This document shows positions 60,206-64,000 of a stretch of 64,000 nucleotides of DNA, in pieces. The DNA lies in NCBI GenBank assembly GCA_040954595.2, contig CM082598.2, positions 9,501,097 to 9,565,096 on the forward strand, written 5' to 3'. The position numbers and the translations under genes were made by a program. The DNA comes from Balanoglossus misakiensis (Eukaryota; Animalia; Hemichordata). Below the pieces are notes generated by a model that did not search any database, was not told the DNA's origin, and saw only the letters and a program-made list of their open reading frames with translations. Position 1 is the stretch's first letter. Every line of letters starts with the position of its first letter.

Positions 60206-60599
60206 ATACGAATCAAGTTCTATTTGAAGTCACGGATCGAATAAAAAGCCTTAGGCTTTTGAAATTTGACCTAGCTAATTTGCATATCAATAGCGTCAGG
60301 GGTAGATTTTCAACTAGTTACCAGCCCCTTGTTAGACTCTGAAAAAGGTTTAGTCCAAATTGGGGTGTAATGTCCCAAAACGACCCATAGCAACGGTCAA
60401 AAAGATACGGGTGTCCCATTTTAAGTATATCAGACATGTGGCCATGCCATGGTATTGTTCATGCTTAATGTGTATTGCAATTTGAATCTTTGAAATGAAG
60501 GGACACACAGGTTTGCTTTAATGTATTTTAAAGTCATGTTATGACTAATCAGATAGCAAATGAAGAAAAGGTAAAAGGTAAACCTTTCCTGTGTAATAA

Positions 60600-61300
60600 G
60601 GCTGCATTCACAAACACCTCTGGAGGGGGGGGGGCAGGAGAATTGAGGGGGGGGGATTTGAAAGAATTGAGGGTATGTAAGGGGGGGATTTGAAATTATT
60701 TAGGGACTGAAAGGGGGGGACTTGAAAACTTTGACGACTAAAAATTTATTTTGAGTCCACAAAAATGCAGTTTCGCGCCTTTTATTTTACAACATTTTCT
60801 AATGTGGGAGGGGGACACCCCCTCCATTCATCAACACATTTCAATCATTGACTGGTTTATCTAGTGTCCCAGGTCAGGGGACTTGCCCCCACCGCATGAT
60901 AACTTTGAGCGGCGACGGTTAAATTTGTCCTCCCCAACATACCGGTAGTTGAGTTAATTTGTTTTTGCCAGGTTTATTAAAATGCAGCTTTGAGCTCCCA
61001 ACACAGAATACAAATACTAAAACAAAAAATAAAAACAATGTTCAGTTTTAATACACACTGATGAGGGGAAACATCAGTTTCAAATTCTTTTCATGGGAGT
61101 GCTGTTTTTCTTTTTTACAAGATAGATAGGTGATGTGTTTTGCTCTGTGAAAGAAAATGGGGGGGATTTCAAAATGTTGGCAGTTCGGAAGGGGGGATTT
61201 GAAAATATTTCGGGTTGTGTACGAGGAGCATGTGAAAATTAGCGGTAAAAAAAAATTGAATTCTCCCCCCCCCCCTCCAGAGGTGTTTGTGAATGCAGCC
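60600..61300. mobile_element. PIF/Harbinger-like MITE with G-tract subtermini
   Basis: Perfect TIR GGCTGCATTCACAAACACCTCTGGAGGGGG. TAA TSD. Part of the interior is shared with the 45547 family. Confidence 0.85.
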
Positions 61301-61450
61301 TAAGGGGGAAAGAGGCTCCAAACCTCAATTATTAATTTCTTGATAGTGTTGTCATGTCATACATAGTTTACAGGTTTACTTTCTGCACGTACATCCATAA
61401 TTTTAATGCAGCTGTTCAACTGTGATAGTCCAAATTAAAATCCAACTCAC

Positions 61451-61543
61451 AGCACTTGTTCCCTGTCCAGTTGGGCTCACACTCACATCTTCTTCCATCT
61501 TCACTACACTCTCCATTAGCACAGGTGTTCCAAGCACAAGTGT
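61451..61543 (-). CDS. EGF-like repeat exon (first in window)
   Basis: 93 bp, phase 1-1, TTTCAG|...|GTGAGT. Peptide TCAWNTCANGECSEDGRRCECEPNWTGNKC. Confidence 0.87.
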
Positions 61544-61837
61544 CTGAAATAATAAAAAAGCTTAAAATATCATGTGATATAAGCGGGAGAGAGACTTTGT
61601 CCCTTTAAGCGTACGATTTAACTGTTCTAACTTGTTGTTCATATCTTCGAAAACCCATAAATGATGAATTATTTATCATATGTGCCTTGTGAAACATGAG
61701 TTAATTGAACCAGGTTCACACAGGGTAAAATTTGAGACACTATTGCCTATGGTAAACACAGAGCATTAATCCTTTGAGTCGCTTTGTGTCCGCACACACA
61801 AAGTTTATGTATAGGCGGTGAGGCTCGGCCCCATCAA

Positions 61838-62817
61838 AGGGCTTTCTCACGTGCAATGATTAGGGCGCCCTTTTGAGGATTATAAAAGTTGGCAAACATT
61901 TCTTATCAGCGACTCAAATAGTTTTGCATTCACATGTGTATAAAAGGGACGGGATCACCGCACTCGGACATTTATGCAAATTAGGTTCAAATAGGCTTCA
62001 TGGTGCGATTGAAAATCAAGGACACATTTCGCCACTTGTCCCATTTGTTGTTCCACATGAAATAAATGGAAGATCCGATAAAATCCACACTTTTCCAGTT
62101 TTTGTACAGTCATCCTATAAGTATAAGCGCTTCTACGGTACCGCCTGTGAGTCTTACAGCTTTGAAACCAGTGCGTAATATACTAGTAGCATGACTCCAT
62201 GCTAGTAGTAAAAGCATACCGGGATGTGGGAACGCTTTGAGTTGGTCCCTTGGGACAAAGACGTTTTTAATTTATTCACGCACAGGGATGTATTTTTAGC
62301 CAGACAATGGCAAGACCTAGTTGCCTAGCAATTGTCACCATGAACTTTGCTACAAGTTTCACTACCACTTCCACTGGGCGTCTCAATTTTTTCAGCAGAG
62401 CCCCAGCTGCAGTAAGTTCCGACTACCTCAAGGCTTTGCCTGTAGGTTTTGGGGCTCCTCATTTTACTGATGACCATCAGCAACAAGGCAAATTGACCGT
62501 TGACTAAGCAAGGTGCTAAACATCGCTCTTTTCAGAGGGGTAATTTTACATGCAAGCTCATTAGAAACTGCCACTTGTATCCCCTCAAACCGCGTCGGCA
62601 GAGTGCGTTTAGATCGGCGTTTAGTGCGGTGTTTCTGTTCACACGTGATTTGAATCGCTGTTTAGTGCGGCGCCCCGACCCAGGTCCCACCCCTCAACAC
62701 CGTCACAAAAAAGAGCGGCGCAGGGTCGCTCTCACCTTTTCACACGTGGCACTTACAAATTAACGCCGCCCTAGCACCGCCGCTGGGGCGGCGTTGACGG
62801 CACGTGAGAAAGGCACT
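61838..62817. mobile_element. MITE inserted in a dispersed repeat (uninterrupted relative at ~35945-36135)
   Basis: Ends AG(G/T)GC(C)TTTCTCACGTGC / GCACGTGAGAAAGGCACT. The flanks match the continuous sequence ACACACAAAGTTTATGTATAGGCG...GACAA..GGTTGCGGAGAGGTGTTAAT at 35990-36060. Confidence 0.65.
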
Positions 62818-64000
62818 ACTGACAACAGGTTGCGGAGAGGTGTTAATCCTTACACCTGCTGAGGTCTGACCGGCAAAGCCGTCTCAAATCTAAGCTGTTT
62901 CAGAACCACTTATACACCGTCCACACCGGGTTTTTTTGAGACGGCCGTATCTGATCTGAGATGCTTCAAAACCGTCTTAATGGTGTGTGTGACCCCCATA
63001 TTATTTGGAAGCAAAAGAGCTGATAAAGTTTATATCGCTAATTTGATCTGCAGAAACATTAACAGTAGTTGAATACAACAAAGTATTTACATATTTCTGT
63101 ATCAAGACAACCTCCAGGTGCATGATCTAATCTTTGGCATTTCTAAATGTGCAACAAAAGACACCTTGAATATCTGGATAAAGTCATTAATGTACAAAAT
63201 GTTATTTTTTGTCTAAGTTGAACACAGAAGCACATCAAAATTTTTTGAGTGTGTAGTACCTACCGGTACAAGAAAATATTTGAATTCAAAATAATAGAGG
63301 TTTGAAGTTATAAGTTAGCAGGGACACATACATTATCAGAGAAAAATATGATATTAAAGGATTTAAATCTTTTAATTCTACATAAAAACTGTTAATCCAT
63401 CAACTGTTTTGATTTCATTTTTGAAAGAACACATTATAGTGAAATGCAGGGGAAACCCTTTGTGAACAAATGTTAAGGATGTACAATAAGTAAAATTGTC
63501 ATTTCTTTTAATTGTGGATTTTGGTTTCTCATTTGTATATACATCCCTAACAGTGCCAAGTCAGTAGCAAACGTAGTCATTTTCATACCCCCTAGAATGC
63601 CGGGCATACTTGACCATGGAGAGAATGAATTGGTATCAGACTGTGTAATGTCAAATATTTGTACAGCTGAGTACATACTAAACCACCTCAGAAACAGGTA
63701 TCTTGGATCAGTAGGCGCCAGTAAACAGTCGAACACCAACCAGTCGAGTGATAACGTTTTAATGCAACAACACGAGGCAACGAGAGTCGAGAGAGAGATC
63801 TCACGAGACAACACGAGACTAACCAATACGCCGACTGGCGCGACTTCTCTTTCTTTCTTTCTTTTCTCTCTCTCTCTGTACAAAACAGAACAAAATAAAG
63901 TGAAATGCCGTTACTAACTTCAACAAAAGGGCCAGAGCAACTTTGGGCCGCTAACGGAGGTCAGTAAATGAGAGTCAGTGAAAAAAGGTGAAAGTCTATG

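Larger units (their letters stand above)
55363..60420. mobile_element. TTAA-flanked non-autonomous element (Kolobok-like) hosting the HhH-Gag LTR element
   Basis: Imperfect TIR GATGGGGCACCCGCATCTTTTTGCCCGTTGCTATGGG / CCCATAGCAACGGTCAAAAAGATACGGGTGTCCCATT. TTAA at 55359-55362 and 60421-60424. Confidence 0.75.

Noticed and set aside
63473-63917. Overlapping 136-aa and 106-aa ORFs as further exons of the EGF gene
   Set aside because: No EGF cysteine pattern or convincing splice pair was found, and part of the region is (GA)n-like low complexity.

Overview
Eukaryotic, AT-rich, intron-containing DNA whose repeat landscape resembles that of a marine invertebrate (species not determinable here). 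Most of the window is transposon sequence. Two host genes converge tail-to-tail. On the + strand are the last two coding exons of a TTLL12 homologue (22920-23127, 35078-35229). On the - strand are three 93-bp EGF-like exons (61451-61543, 48595-48687, 43499-43591) plus a terminal exon with a GPI-signal-like tail, which is interrupted at its last codon by a 5'-truncated LINE. The introns hold a decayed DIRS/Ngaro-like element, three Ty3/Gypsy elements (one inside another's LTR, one inside a multi-level DNA-transposon nest), an L2/CR1-type LINE, Helentron/DINE-like repeats and many MITEs. The most unusual item is a young 4.2-kb LTR element (56005-60205, identical LTRs). Its single intact ORF fuses a ComEA-like helix-hairpin-helix domain to Gag, a CCHC knuckle and a protease, and it has no RT, RNase H or integrase. 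All family assignments come from manual motif, TIR and TSD reading; no searches were run.
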